64,000 nt of DNA from an uncultured virus (IMG/VR IMGVR_UViG_643886092_000009) (IMGVR_UViG_643886092_000009), one strand, 5' to 3'; shown: positions 9,460-19,427, counted from the stretch's first letter. Translations and numbers: made by a program. Notes: generated by a model not told the origin, from the sequence alone.

Positions 9460-12090
9460 ATGAAAGCATCAAATATAACAAAATTAGCAACTACTGGACT
9501 AGTAGTCTTAGGAGCATTAACGTTTCCATCAAGTTCACTAGCAGAAGTAGGAAACCAAGCTACAAAGAAAATTGAAATGGTACAAGAACAGAATCAAGAA
9601 ACTGTTAAATCAGGGGAAGTAACACAAAAAGATTTATTAAAATTACAAGATTACTTAAAACAGCAAGAAAAGTTATTTGCTGACGAAGATAAATTAAAGG
9701 AACAACAAAATAAAGAGAAAGACATTACGGTTGAAAATAAAGAATTAGAAAATAAGTTCGTAGAATTACAAACTAAACAAGATAAACTAGCAAAAGAGAT
9801 TCAAACGTTCAAAGAAAGTATTAAATATCCTTCTGAAACAGTTGGGGTAGAAAAGAAAGATGAAAATAAGGTTGAAACGGAACAAGATGCAGAAAAAGAG
9901 TATGTGAAAAAGCGTGAAGACAATAAGAAAGCAGTTAAAGAAGTACAAGATAAGTTACAAGAGTTAAAAGTAAAAGAAGAACAGCAGAAGAAAGAAGCTG
10001 AACTGAAAGCAAAGCAAGAAGCAGAGTTAAAGGCAAAACAGGAAGCGGAACTAAAAGCGAAGGAAGAATCTGATTCAAAAGCAAAAGTTGAAGCTGAAAC
10101 GAAAGCTAAAGAAGAAGCAGACGCTAAAGTGAAGAAGGAAGCCGAAGATAAAGCGAAGTTAGATGCTGAAACAAAAGCAAAACAAGAAGCTGAACTAAAA
10201 GAAAAACAAGATAAAGAAGAAAAAGCAAAAGTAGAAGCTGAAACAAAGGCGAAACAAGAATCTGAGTTAAAAGTGAAAGAAGAACAAGAAAAGAAAGATG
10301 CTGAAACGAAGGCGAAAGCAGATGCAGAGTTAAAAGCAAAAGAAGAGTCTGAATTAAAGGCAAAACAAGAAGCTGAATTAAAAGCGAAAGAGGAAGCAGA
10401 ACTAAAAGCAAAATCAGTTGCACCTCAATTAGCATCATCACAAGCATCAGACCGACCAGTAATTAAACGTATTAAAATGGAAAAGAATTTCTTAACTTAT
10501 GAAGAACCTTCTTTATCATCGCCTATTTCTTGTGAGTACTTACCACAAACTGTTAACGTAGTAGAAGAAGGTAAAGACGGTTGGGTGAAAATCAAAACAT
10601 ACTTCGGTGATAAATGGTTATTAATTGAGCAAACTAAACGAGTTAAAATTGATAGAGTATTCTATACGTATAATGAACCTTCATTATCATCAGGTATTTC
10701 ATCAGGATTCTCACCACAAACTGTAACTGTATTAGAGGAACGTCCTGACGGATGGATGAAGATTAAAACATACTTTGGTGATAAATGGATGTTAAAAGAG
10801 CAGAAGAAACTTCCAATGGATAGAGACTTCTATACTTACAATGGACCTTCTTTATCGTCAGGTGTTTCAAGTTACTTCTTAGCACAAAAACTAGAAGTCA
10901 TTGAAGAACGAGCAGACGGTTGGGTAAAAGTAAACACGTATTTAGGTCATAAATGGGTAACAAAGGATATGAAGAAGGTATGGATGACTAAAAACTTCTT
11001 TATCTACAATGATGCTTCTTTATCATCAGGTATCGCAAGTGAATGCGGAGCGCAACCAGTTGGCGTATTAGAAGAACGTGAAGATGGTTGGATTAAAATT
11101 GATACTTGGTTAGGTCATAAATGGGTGAAAACTACAGAGAAGAAAGTATGGATGACTAAAAACTTCTTCCTATACAATGACTCTAATTATGAATCAGGAA
11201 TTGCTTCTGAGTGTTCACCACAACCAGTTGGGGTAATTGAAGAACGTGCAGGTGGATGGATTAAAATTCATACTTGGTTAGGTCACAAGTGGGTAAACAC
11301 AGTTCAAAACGAAGCAAAACACGAAAACATCTATTTCAACAAAGTATTCTTTGCATACGATAGCCCTAACTTCTCTTCAAACGTTGCAGGTAAATTTGCA
11401 CCTCAAACTGTAGAAGTAAAAGAAAAACGTGGAGCATGGGTACGCATTGGAACTGGTTTAGGTGATAAGTGGGTAAATAAAGATACACTAAACAACGATT
11501 TAGTATTATTAGACGTACCACATTACTACCAATACCCTTCATTATACAATGGTTGTGAAGTTGTTTCATTACAAATGTTAGTAGAGTACCATACTGGACA
11601 AAGATTTAATATGGTAAACTTCGCTATGCAAATGCCAATGGATACTACACCAATGGTTAAGCAAGGTGGACGTTATAAAACTTGGGGAGACCCAGATGTT
11701 GGTTTCGTAGGTGATGTTACAGGTAAGAGACCGGGATTCTCAATCAACCCAGCACCATTAAAACGTCTTTTAGACCAATATGCTAAAGGTACAAACCTTA
11801 CAGGAAGTAGCTTCTCTGTATTAGAAAATTATGTTCGTAACGGTAAACCAGTAGTAGCTTGGGTAACAGAAGGATTAACAACTCCTAATAGTTCTGTTAC
11901 ATGGAAAACTCCAAGTGGTAAAACTATCTATGCGAAATTCAATACTCATGCAGTTACAATCACAGGGGTAGATGGAAACAATGTTTACTACAATGACCCT
12001 GTAACTGGTCAGAAGAATGCTAGAGCATCTAAATCTCACTTTGAAAACATCTATAATCAAATGGGACAAAAAGCATTAAGCATTAACTAA
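9460..12090 (+). CDS. secreted cell-surface protein: signal peptide, coiled-coil stalk, six SH3-like repeats, C39-like cysteine peptidase
   Basis: ATG 9460 behind GGGGAGG; EAELKAKQ repeats; 6x W-x-K-I-x-T-x2-G-x-KW; C-term VPHYYQ...GCEVVSL...HAVTITG...YNDP. Confidence 0.85.
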   Translation: MKASNITKLATTGLVVLGALTFPSSSLAEVGNQATKKIEMVQEQNQETVKSGEVTQKDLLKLQDYLKQQEKLFADEDKLKEQQNKEKDITVENKELENKFVELQTKQDKLAKEIQTFKESIKYPSETVGVEKKDENKVETEQDAEKEYVKKREDNKKAVKEVQDKLQELKVKEEQQKKEAELKAKQEAELKAKQEAELKAKEESDSKAKVEAETKAKEEADAKVKKEAEDKAKLDAETKAKQEAELKEKQDKEEKAKVEAETKAKQESELKVKEEQEKKDAETKAKADAELKAKEESELKAKQEAELKAKEEAELKAKSVAPQLASSQASDRPVIKRIKMEKNFLTYEEPSLSSPISCEYLPQTVNVVEEGKDGWVKIKTYFGDKWLLIEQTKRVKIDRVFYTYNEPSLSSGISSGFSPQTVTVLEERPDGWMKIKTYFGDKWMLKEQKKLPMDRDFYTYNGPSLSSGVSSYFLAQKLEVIEERADGWVKVNTYLGHKWVTKDMKKVWMTKNFFIYNDASLSSGIASECGAQPVGVLEEREDGWIKIDTWLGHKWVKTTEKKVWMTKNFFLYNDSNYESGIASECSPQPVGVIEERAGGWIKIHTWLGHKWVNTVQNEAKHENIYFNKVFFAYDSPNFSSNVAGKFAPQTVEVKEKRGAWVRIGTGLGDKWVNKDTLNNDLVLLDVPHYYQYPSLYNGCEVVSLQMLVEYHTGQRFNMVNFAMQMPMDTTPMVKQGGRYKTWGDPDVGFVGDVTGKRPGFSINPAPLKRLLDQYAKGTNLTGSSFSVLENYVRNGKPVVAWVTEGLTTPNSSVTWKTPSGKTIYAKFNTHAVTITGVDGNNVYYNDPVTGQKNARASKSHFENIYNQMGQKALSIN
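9991..10410 (+). repeat. coding tandem repeats (EAELKAK[QE]/DAETKAK)
   Basis: Repeated 8-aa units visible in protein and DNA. Confidence 0.8.
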
Positions 12091-12100
12091 GGTAAATAGA

Positions 12101-12133
12101 AGAGTCTTAGACTTAATAGTCTAAGGCTTTTTT
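12101..12133 (+). terminator. intrinsic terminator
   Basis: AGAGTCTTAGACT-TAAT-AGTCTAAGGCTTTTTT. Confidence 0.85.
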
Positions 12134-12148
12134 ATTGTGTAACTATAT

Positions 12149-12177
12149 TTGACAAATAAAGAAACTTATGGTATAAT
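12149..12177 (+). promoter_or_regulatory. sigma-A promoter
   Basis: TTGACA-17bp-TATAAT. Confidence 0.9.
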
Positions 12178-12236
12178 AGTATTATAAGTAAAAGAGAAAT
12201 ACTTATAAACAAGGTCAATTTAAAAGGGAAGAGGTA

Positions 12237-12578
12237 ATGAGAATGAGTAAAGTAGTAGAATCAAAACGAGTTAGTATTATGGAAGCAATGGATATGGCAA
12301 GTAAAAACAATATGTGGCGTGGTGATTTACTTATGATTAATGATGGGGAGGTTGTTGACCAAACTTTAGTAGTCATTCATGCATTACCGTATGGAGAAGA
12401 AACAAAGTATGTTGTTACAATGCAACGTGATTTAAAGGAATTATTTGCAGTAAATAATCGTGATATGGAAGTAAAACAGCCTTTAGACCAAGTAATCTAC
12501 ACAATTGAACAGTTTACAGAACAGTTTACAGGAAACGAATCAGACGATTTTGAATTACAGGAGTTAATTGTAGAATAA
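12237..12578 (+). CDS. W-x-G paralog family member 1
   Basis: NNMWRGDLL motif shared with the next five ORFs. Confidence 0.75.
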   Translation: MRMSKVVESKRVSIMEAMDMASKNNMWRGDLLMINDGEVVDQTLVVIHALPYGEETKYVVTMQRDLKELFAVNNRDMEVKQPLDQVIYTIEQFTEQFTGNESDDFELQELIVE

Positions 12579-12600
12579 AAGGGAGGTAAGAAATTTAATT

Positions 12601-12936
12601 ATGAAAACATCTAACAGTTTTAAAGAAGTTTCATTAGAGCATGTGAAACAAGTAGCGAAACAAGATTTTCAGTGGCGTGGAGACATCGTTATTCAATCAG
12701 ACAATCCAGTAAACTGTAAGACATACTTTGTCGTTGTTCATCATGTGTTATTAGAAGGGAAAGACCATTATATTTGCACATTCAGTTATGATATTACTGG
12801 TTTAGAGTACATTCACGATGAAAACGAACAGGATTACGATGATAGAACGAGATTCTTGAAGCCATTAGACGTAGTACATAATTGGTATACATCAGAGCCA
12901 TATACAGGTTATAAGTTTATGGAACGAAGTAAGTAA
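12601..12936 (+). CDS. W-x-G paralog family member 2
   Basis: DFQWRGDIV; GGGAGG RBS. Confidence 0.75.
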   Translation: MKTSNSFKEVSLEHVKQVAKQDFQWRGDIVIQSDNPVNCKTYFVVVHHVLLEGKDHYICTFSYDITGLEYIHDENEQDYDDRTRFLKPLDVVHNWYTSEPYTGYKFMERSK

Positions 12937-12963
12937 CACAAGTTCAGAAAGGGGTATGTGATT

Positions 12964-13254
12964 ATGGAACTAAGAGGGAAAGAGTTATCTGTTTCAGACG
13001 TAAAAGAACTAGCTAAGAGTCAAGAGAAATGGGAAGGTAAACTACGTTTAAACCATACATGGGAAAAGTATACTGATAAAGAACTAATAGAAACAACTGT
13101 ATCCATTGTACCTGTTAAAACGTTTACTGGAACACAATACATCATGTTTAATTTCCAAGGGGATAAAATGAGAGAGTTAGACTGGTTTATTCGAGATAAT
13201 AAGAAACTAGGTATTGAAGTTACATTCTACGAGTTAGGAACAGTAAAGGGGTAG
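12964..13254 (+). CDS. W-x-G paralog family member 3
   Basis: QEKWEGKLR; ATG 12964 behind AGGGGT. Confidence 0.75.
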   Translation: MELRGKELSVSDVKELAKSQEKWEGKLRLNHTWEKYTDKELIETTVSIVPVKTFTGTQYIMFNFQGDKMRELDWFIRDNKKLGIEVTFYELGTVKG

Positions 13255-13259
13255 GTACT

Positions 13260-13526
13260 ATGTCAGAGCAAGCAATTACACAACAAAACGTGAAAAACTA
13301 TGCAAGAACACATGGTAAATGGTTTGGAACTCTCATTTCACAGCCAGTATTTAATGGTGTAGCTATGGGTGTTCCAACCCTAGCTAGTGTTTCAGTAGTA
13401 CGCATAAACACAATTAGAGGTTTTGGGTATGTATTAGTATCTTCAAACAAAGAAATTATTGGTGAATTGGGTTGGTTTGTATCACAAAACGAAAAAGAAG
13501 GTCAAAAGATTTCTTTCACATCATAG
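13260..13526 (+). CDS. W-x-G paralog family member 4
   Basis: HGKWFGTLI...ELGWF. Confidence 0.75.
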   Translation: MSEQAITQQNVKNYARTHGKWFGTLISQPVFNGVAMGVPTLASVSVVRINTIRGFGYVLVSSNKEIIGELGWFVSQNEKEGQKISFTS

Positions 13527-13572
13527 ACAAACAAAAGGGTGAATAAAATCTATCATAAAGGGGTATAAGACA

Positions 13573-13830
13573 ATGTCAAATGTTGCTACTAAATCAAAGG
13601 ATAAAACGTTAGAAAGTATCTTGAACACAAAGGGTGTATGGAAAGGTAAATTAGTTTTCTACAACCACATTGGAGTAATTACAAGTCGAAAGAAAGCAAT
13701 TATCAGACAAGTACAAACACCTACGGATATCGTTAGAACGATTAAATTTGAGGGTTCAGGTGCAATTCAAGATTTAGACTTATTCCTAGCTACATTAGAA
13801 CATGAAGGAATGACGGTTCATTTAATGTAG
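13573..13830 (+). CDS. W-x-G paralog family member 5
   Basis: KGVWKGKLV...DLDLF. Confidence 0.75.
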   Translation: MSNVATKSKDKTLESILNTKGVWKGKLVFYNHIGVITSRKKAIIRQVQTPTDIVRTIKFEGSGAIQDLDLFLATLEHEGMTVHLM

Positions 13831-13854
13831 TAAACAGAAAGGACAATAATAAAC

Positions 13855-14112
13855 ATGGGTGATTATTTAACACTTTCACATATCGCAGGTGGTTTAAGCG
13901 TTACAAAGAAGTGGATGGGTATAATGATACTAGTAAACCGTTGGGGTGCTACCAACTCTTATAACGTTGTAATTGAAGTAAAGGATACAGACGAAGGTGA
14001 AAAGACTACAATTTATATAGTAGAAAGAGAACTAACATTAGACTTTGATGATTATGTATCAAGTAACCATAAAGACGGTTGGACATTCCATTTCCTAGAC
14101 CCAAATGAATAA
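13855..14112 (+). CDS. W-x-G paralog family member 6
   Basis: TKKWMGIMI...DFDDY. Confidence 0.75.
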   Translation: MGDYLTLSHIAGGLSVTKKWMGIMILVNRWGATNSYNVVIEVKDTDEGEKTTIYIVERELTLDFDDYVSSNHKDGWTFHFLDPNE

Positions 14113-14124
14113 ACTATAAATAAT

Positions 14125-14158
14125 AAGACTAGACCATCGTGGTTTAGTCTTTCTTTTT
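14125..14158 (+). terminator. intrinsic terminator
   Basis: AAGACTAGACC...GGTTTAGTCTTTT. Confidence 0.8.
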
Positions 14159-14291
14159 GTTATTTTCAAGCTAACCTACGAATGAAGAGAAGAAGTATTC
14201 AACTTTAAGGTGTCCTTCTAAGAAAACAGGTAGTTTTGAAACCAAACTTGTTATATTTAAGTGTGAACAGCCTTTAAGGGGTAGAAAAGAC

Positions 14292-14320
14292 TTGACAAAT
14301 CAGTGATTTTATGTTATAAT
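14292..14320 (+). promoter_or_regulatory. sigma-A promoter
   Basis: TTGACA-17bp-TATAAT. Confidence 0.9.
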
Positions 14321-14374
14321 ATAAGTAAGTTAAACGTTATAGAGATTCTAATAAACAATGTAGGGGTGTAGAAC

Positions 14375-15112
14375 ATGGCAAAGAGAAAAGACACGAAACA
14401 ATCCCACTTTTGTAAGGTTTGTGGAGAACAGTGGTGGATTGAGTATAACGAAAAAGATTACAAGAAGTTTATTGAGAAAGGTAAACCGATTGATGAAGTA
14501 ATGCCTTATTTAACAGAAACAGAGAGTCATTTATTAGAGCATAAAACTTGTACATCATGTGTGCCACCTACAATGCCAATCAATTCAACTCCACTCATGA
14601 AAGACCTAGAAGATGGGGTATATACGGTACAAAGTAAAGCATTCGGTGAAATAAGAGTAGAGAAACAAGGCGATTGGTTACATACAATATTAGAAGGAAA
14701 AGGAAACAAAGGTTTCTTCTCCTATGACTTAGATGCTACAATTGGTGGATTAAGAGTAAAAGGAGACTACAAAGGTTCTATCGTTGAGAGTCAAATACGC
14801 CTTGAACACATGGCTTCTCTTACACAAGTTGTATACAAAAACTTATTCATGCATGATTATATTCCTTCAAACTTTAAAGGAATTGCGTATTATGGTCTAA
14901 AAGAGCATAAAGACGTAAAACCATCTACGCCTGAGGGGTTGGATTTATCAAGTAGACCAGATAATGAATATATGGTATTAATGAACGATACAGAAGAACG
15001 TGGTTTATATAAAGAAAAGATAAAAGCTGAGAGTGAAGAACAACTAAAAATGGTAATTGAACAAACTTTAGTTGGTGAACTCGTATCTTACAAACCAACA
15101 AAGTATATTTAA
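14375..15112 (+). CDS. mosaic-family protein (CxxC..CxxC + module B + module A)
   Basis: CKVC...CTSC; MKDLEDGVY...KQGDW; YMVLMNDTEERGLY...LVSYKP. Confidence 0.75.
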   Translation: MAKRKDTKQSHFCKVCGEQWWIEYNEKDYKKFIEKGKPIDEVMPYLTETESHLLEHKTCTSCVPPTMPINSTPLMKDLEDGVYTVQSKAFGEIRVEKQGDWLHTILEGKGNKGFFSYDLDATIGGLRVKGDYKGSIVESQIRLEHMASLTQVVYKNLFMHDYIPSNFKGIAYYGLKEHKDVKPSTPEGLDLSSRPDNEYMVLMNDTEERGLYKEKIKAESEEQLKMVIEQTLVGELVSYKPTKYI

Positions 15113-15146
15113 GTAAGAAACGATAAAATAAGTAGAGGTGTAACGT

Positions 15147-15527
15147 ATGAGATATAAAGTATTAATGAATGATGCAGAAGACAGAGGTTTATATTCAGAG
15201 ATTTTATCAGTTACAGATGAGTCTCAATTGAAAAATATGATTCCAAAATTGTTTAAAGGTGAACTTGTATCCTATAAACCAATAGAAGAAGGTAAAGATA
15301 TTACGAGTGATAAGTTAAAACCAATCGTAAAAGAGATTCCAAAAGTAGAGAAGCCAAAACAAAGTAGTAGTAATGGTAGTTCTTCTAGTATCGAAAATGT
15401 TCCTTTAAGAAGTAGACCACAAAAAGAATACAAGAGTGCGGAAAGTAAGTATAACGATGCGGTACAGGAAGCAAAAGTAGAAATAATGGCAGAAGCAATG
15501 AAACAAACTTTAGGAGAATACGATTGA
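15147..15527 (+). CDS. mosaic-family protein (module A)
   Basis: YKVLMNDAEDRGLY...GELVSYKP is nearly identical to the previous gene's C-term. Confidence 0.75.
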   Translation: MRYKVLMNDAEDRGLYSEILSVTDESQLKNMIPKLFKGELVSYKPIEEGKDITSDKLKPIVKEIPKVEKPKQSSSNGSSSSIENVPLRSRPQKEYKSAESKYNDAVQEAKVEIMAEAMKQTLGEYD

Positions 15528-15541
15528 TAAAAGGGTAGTGA

Positions 15542-15573
15542 GACGTTTGTTAAAAGGCAAACGTTTTTCTTTT
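15542..15573 (+). terminator. intrinsic terminator (duplicated at 16269)
   Basis: GACGTTTGT-TAAAA-GGCAAACGTTTTT. Confidence 0.75.
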
Positions 15574-15586
15574 ACAATAACTTATA

Positions 15587-15615
15587 TTGACAAATAGAAA
15601 ACTTTATGGTATAAT
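15587..15615 (+). promoter_or_regulatory. sigma-A promoter
   Basis: TTGACA-17bp-TATAAT. Confidence 0.9.
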
Positions 15616-15645
15616 ATAAGTATATTAAATAAGGAGTGATACATA

Positions 15646-16251
15646 ATGATATCGAATACAATTGAAAACAAGCATGTTACTATTTCAGACTTAAAAGAAG
15701 GTGTATAGTTTTATCCGTTAAGAGAGTTTCATAAAACAGGTAGACAGGTATCTGTACAAAGAGAAGGTATTTATGCAATCGTGTCTGAGTTAAACGAAGA
15801 TGGAACAGTACTTAGAAAACGTATGATAAACATGCATAAACTAGTTGATAAGTTAAAGAGTCTTGACATTATAGAAGAGTTATTATTCGAATTTGAACCA
15901 AACGTGGTACAGTTCCTAGAACTAGATTGGTTGATATCACATGAAGTAACACCAAACGGTACTGTTATTCCTGAGTGGGAAGGTATTGTATACAGTCTAG
16001 AGCCTACAAAGGATAGTCATGTAGGAGTAGTAGAAACATTTGAAGATACTGAAACAGAAGTAGTTGCTAAGATTTGTTCTACATGCAGTAAGGAGAAGAG
16101 ATTTACAGTATCATCTAGAGCAATGCAAGACTGGGAAAACGGTCAATTAATCCAAAGAGCATTCCCAAACATGGAAGCACCTGATAGAGAACTATTTAGA
16201 GGTGGAATGTGTGGGGATTGTTGGAATAGAATGTTCCCAGTAGAAGAGTAA
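15646..16251 (+). pseudogene. mosaic-family gene (module B + CxxC..CxxC) interrupted by an in-frame TAG at 15706-15708
   Basis: ATG 15646 behind AAGGAG reads MISNTIENKHVTISDLKEGV*FYPLREF... and continues in frame into the 15781 ORF. Confidence 0.75.
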
Positions 16252-16268
16252 GCCACTTAGGGGTAGTC

Positions 16269-16301
16269 AAACGTTTGTCAAAAGGCAAGCGTTTTTCTTT
16301 T
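16269..16301 (+). terminator. intrinsic terminator
   Basis: AAACGTTTGTC-AAAA-GGCAAGCGTTTTT. Confidence 0.75.
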
Positions 16302-16432
16302 GCCTAAACAGATAGGTTTCGAGACTGTGATTTTATTCTATTTAAAACCATTAGTGAGTGTTAAAATTAAACCTCCAACGGGAAACTCCTAATCCCAACT
16401 GAGTAATCGGAGTAAGTGGTCAAACAAGGTAC

Positions 16433-16461
16433 TTGACAAAATCGTGATTTTATGGTATAAT
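16433..16461 (+). promoter_or_regulatory. sigma-A promoter
   Basis: TTGACA-17bp-TATAAT. Confidence 0.9.
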
Positions 16462-16509
16462 GAATATAGTTAATAAAGAGATGATTACATAGTATATGGA
16501 GGTTTTTAC

Positions 16510-17400
16510 ATGCAAGAATTACAAGCAAACCCAGAAATGTTTCTAATGAACTTAGAGGAGAAGGGTTGTTACACAGTAAGTGATGATTTAACTGAGATTA
16601 AAGTAGAAAGACAAGGTACAAGATTTAAGTTTTCTGAGTTCTATCCAACAAGTGGTAAAACTTTAGTACAAACATTTGATTTAAAGAGACTAATTCATGT
16701 GTTAGTTGAAAATAAGAAGATTGAACCTAATGCTCATACAGATTTCCAATTAAAAGATGTATATGCACTAAGTAGAATCCTTTTAAACTATAAAGAAGGT
16801 ACTCATCATGTGAAAAGTGCAACAAACTATACTACATTTGCAAACCGTTGGTTCGAAGGTACAGATACATCTAATTATAAAGGTGTTATGGGTGGTGGAG
16901 ATGGCAAAACTTTAATTGCATTTAAAACTTTACTTAGTCATCCTGAGTATGGTCTGTATACAGAGCATATTGAAGCCCCTACAGAAGAAAGACTGAAACA
17001 AGTAGTTCAAAACTACCGTGATAAAGATGTAAGAATTGTATCTTTTAAACAGAAAGAAATGGTATCAGGTTCTCTTAAAGTAAAAGACATGGTAGAAGGT
17101 AAAGAGTATGAAGCTATTGCTGATTCAGACAATACAAATGATACAATCGCTTTCCGTAAAGAAGGAGACTGGATTTTTAGTGAAATTCGTGGTGGTGAGT
17201 TCGAAGAACCTTACAGACACTCTTATAAACTAGTAGATATTGTAAAAGTACTAGCAGATAAAGACCACATTAATAGGGTTCCATTTGATGATATGGATAT
17301 TGACTATTTAATGTGGGTAGACTTTGAGGTGTATTGTAATGTTACAGCTTATGCAGAACTACCTGAGGAATTTAGAGGAATGGCAGTAGATACATGGTAA
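16510..17400 (+). CDS. mosaic-family protein (B-A-B)
   Basis: GLYTEHIEA...IVSFK; VKDMVEGKEYEAIAD...RKEGDW. Confidence 0.75.
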   Translation: MQELQANPEMFLMNLEEKGCYTVSDDLTEIKVERQGTRFKFSEFYPTSGKTLVQTFDLKRLIHVLVENKKIEPNAHTDFQLKDVYALSRILLNYKEGTHHVKSATNYTTFANRWFEGTDTSNYKGVMGGGDGKTLIAFKTLLSHPEYGLYTEHIEAPTEERLKQVVQNYRDKDVRIVSFKQKEMVSGSLKVKDMVEGKEYEAIADSDNTNDTIAFRKEGDWIFSEIRGGEFEEPYRHSYKLVDIVKVLADKDHINRVPFDDMDIDYLMWVDFEVYCNVTAYAELPEEFRGMAVDTW

Positions 17401-17466
17401 ATTATTAAGGGGTAGGTAAAACTACTCCTTTTATTTAAACAATTTAATACGAAAGAGGTTATAGAT

Positions 17467-18164
17467 ATGTCCTATAATGTATTGTTAAATCAAGTAAACG
17501 GTAAAGGTTTATTCCAAGAGCAAGTCAAAGTAGATACAGAAGGTCAGTTAGTAGACTATGTAAATACAAACTTCTCTGATTCAGAGATTGTATCGTTTAA
17601 GAAGATTCAAATCTTATATGCAAAGAATCCAAACCCAATAAAAGGTTATGAGATTGGTTTACGTTTGAAAAAGAAAGGTAATTTACAAGCAGACGTATAT
17701 ACATTTACAATCGTAAAGAGTCAGAAGAACAAGCTAAACAGTACGTAGACAAGTGTTGTTCAGAAGATGAACTAGTATTTATTAAGGAAGTTACTTTGAC
17801 AGATGCGAAAACTCCTTTATCTGAAATCGAAGAAGGGGTAGCATATGAAATATTAGCTGATATCGGTAATTCAAACTCTAGTGTGGAAATTACAAAGAAA
17901 GGTGAAAGAGTACAAATCTATATTAAAGGTTTAGACTTTAGTGATACTATTTTTATTCACAACTTCATTCCTTCTGAGATTATGAAACTAGGTTTAGAAG
18001 CGAAAGAGTATGAGAAAGAATGGTGTGACGTAAATAATTTAACATTAGGTGATGTTGATTTACTAGGTACATTAGCATACGAAACACATCATGGAATAGT
18101 AAACTTAGGTGAAAGATTTAAAGAAGTAGCACAAATTGTTAAAAACGAAAGAAAAGGCGAATAA
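17467..18164 (+). pseudogene. mosaic-family gene split by a 1-nt deletion near 17709-17711
   Basis: Joining ORF 17467 to the frame of ORF 17796 gives VYTFT-x-RKESEEQAKQYVDKCCSEDELVFIKE, colinear with LYIIKAIEDTVEDVKAYLNKYYSEDTVLYIKE of paralog 18876. Confidence 0.8.
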
Positions 18165-18230
18165 ATATAAAATTTAAAGAGAGAGAGACTCTATTAAGAG
18201 GTCTTTCTTTACTATGAAAGGGGTATCAAG

Positions 18231-18803
18231 ATGGTACAGTACAAGAAAGGGTATAAAACATTACTAAACGAAGAAGAAGGAAGAGGGTTATTTACAGTTC
18301 ATATTGAAGCAACTGATGAAGTGTATTTAAGACGAATAGTTTTAATGAAATACGATAATGCAGACATTGTTTCCTTTAAAGAAACTCAGTTGATTGATGG
18401 AGGAAGTATTAAAGTACAAGATATGGTAGAAGGAGAAGAATACCTATTATTAGCAGAAACAGAAAGTTTCTTAGATACAGTTTCTTTTGAGAAAGATAAA
18501 GGTAAATTGTTCGTAAAAAGAACAGGTCAATTTGCAAGCGAACAACAAGAAAAGAGTATGGGTTCTTATGTTTATGAGATAGAAGAAGTATTGGAGAACT
18601 TACGTAGGTTTTATAGAAAACTAGTAGCAAATAAAGATAATGAGCCAATGGATGATTACGATACAAGAAAGGCATTAGAACTGTTTGAAGAAGAGATTGA
18701 AGAGTGTAATATAAACTCTTTAACTTTAGAAAGACTAGAAGGTTTAGATTGGATAATCCGTAAAGAATGTTTAGATGTTATGACAGTAGAATATGAAGGA
18801 TAA
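18231..18803 (+). CDS. mosaic-family protein (A-B)
   Basis: YKTLLNEEEGRGLF...IVSFKE; VQDMVEGEEY. Confidence 0.75.
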   Translation: MVQYKKGYKTLLNEEEGRGLFTVHIEATDEVYLRRIVLMKYDNADIVSFKETQLIDGGSIKVQDMVEGEEYLLLAETESFLDTVSFEKDKGKLFVKRTGQFASEQQEKSMGSYVYEIEEVLENLRRFYRKLVANKDNEPMDDYDTRKALELFEEEIEECNINSLTLERLEGLDWIIRKECLDVMTVEYEG

Positions 18804-18810
18804 ACTATAT

Positions 18811-18839
18811 TTGACAAAGTAAGAACTTTGTGGTATAAT
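18811..18839 (+). promoter_or_regulatory. sigma-A promoter
   Basis: TTGACA-17bp-TATAAT. Confidence 0.9.
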
Positions 18840-18875
18840 AGTATTATAGTAAAGTTAAAGGAGAGATAATTTATT

Positions 18876-19427
18876 ATGAAAACTATCAAAGCATATGAAG
18901 TAGGCTTAAAACTTAGAAATATAGGCGGTATGCAAGGAGACTTGTATATCATTAAAGCAATTGAAGATACAGTAGAAGATGTAAAGGCATATTTAAACAA
19001 GTATTATTCTGAGGATACAGTGTTATACATCAAAGAAACTCCATTAGTACACGGTGAAACTTTGTTATCTGAGTTAGAAGAAGGGGTAGCCTACGAAATG
19101 TCGGCTGATTCTGACCAAACAAACGCATCAGTAGAGATTACGAAACAAGGTGAGTGGGTTCAAATTTACATTAAAGGTGGAGACTTTAGTGATAGTATTT
19201 ATATTCATAAATTTATTCCATCAAAAGTATCAAAACTGGCTATTAAGTTAGATATCCATGAAGAAGGTTGGTATGATGTAAATAACTTAACATTAAACGA
19301 TATTGATTTAATCGGTGCTACTGTATATGAAGGTCTTACAGGAATGGAAGACTTAGGGGAAGAATTTAAAGAAGTAGCTGAAATCGTAGTAAACAACAAT
19401 TTAGAAAGAAGAGAAGAAAAGCAATAA
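18876..19427 (+). CDS. mosaic-family protein (A'-B)
   Basis: LSELEEGVAYE...SVEITKQGEWVQI; close paralog of 17796. Confidence 0.8.
   Translation: MKTIKAYEVGLKLRNIGGMQGDLYIIKAIEDTVEDVKAYLNKYYSEDTVLYIKETPLVHGETLLSELEEGVAYEMSADSDQTNASVEITKQGEWVQIYIKGGDFSDSIYIHKFIPSKVSKLAIKLDIHEEGWYDVNNLTLNDIDLIGATVYEGLTGMEDLGEEFKEVAEIVVNNNLERREEKQ

Noticed and set aside
9991..11480. CRISPR-like or DGR-like repeats
   Set aside because: The repeats are in-frame protein repeats; no constant repeat-spacer array, cas gene or reverse transcriptase was seen.
15706..15708. Element-wide TAG recoding
   Set aside because: TAG ends many intact genes (e.g. 13254, 13526, 13830, 35980, 56884), so the in-frame stop is local.
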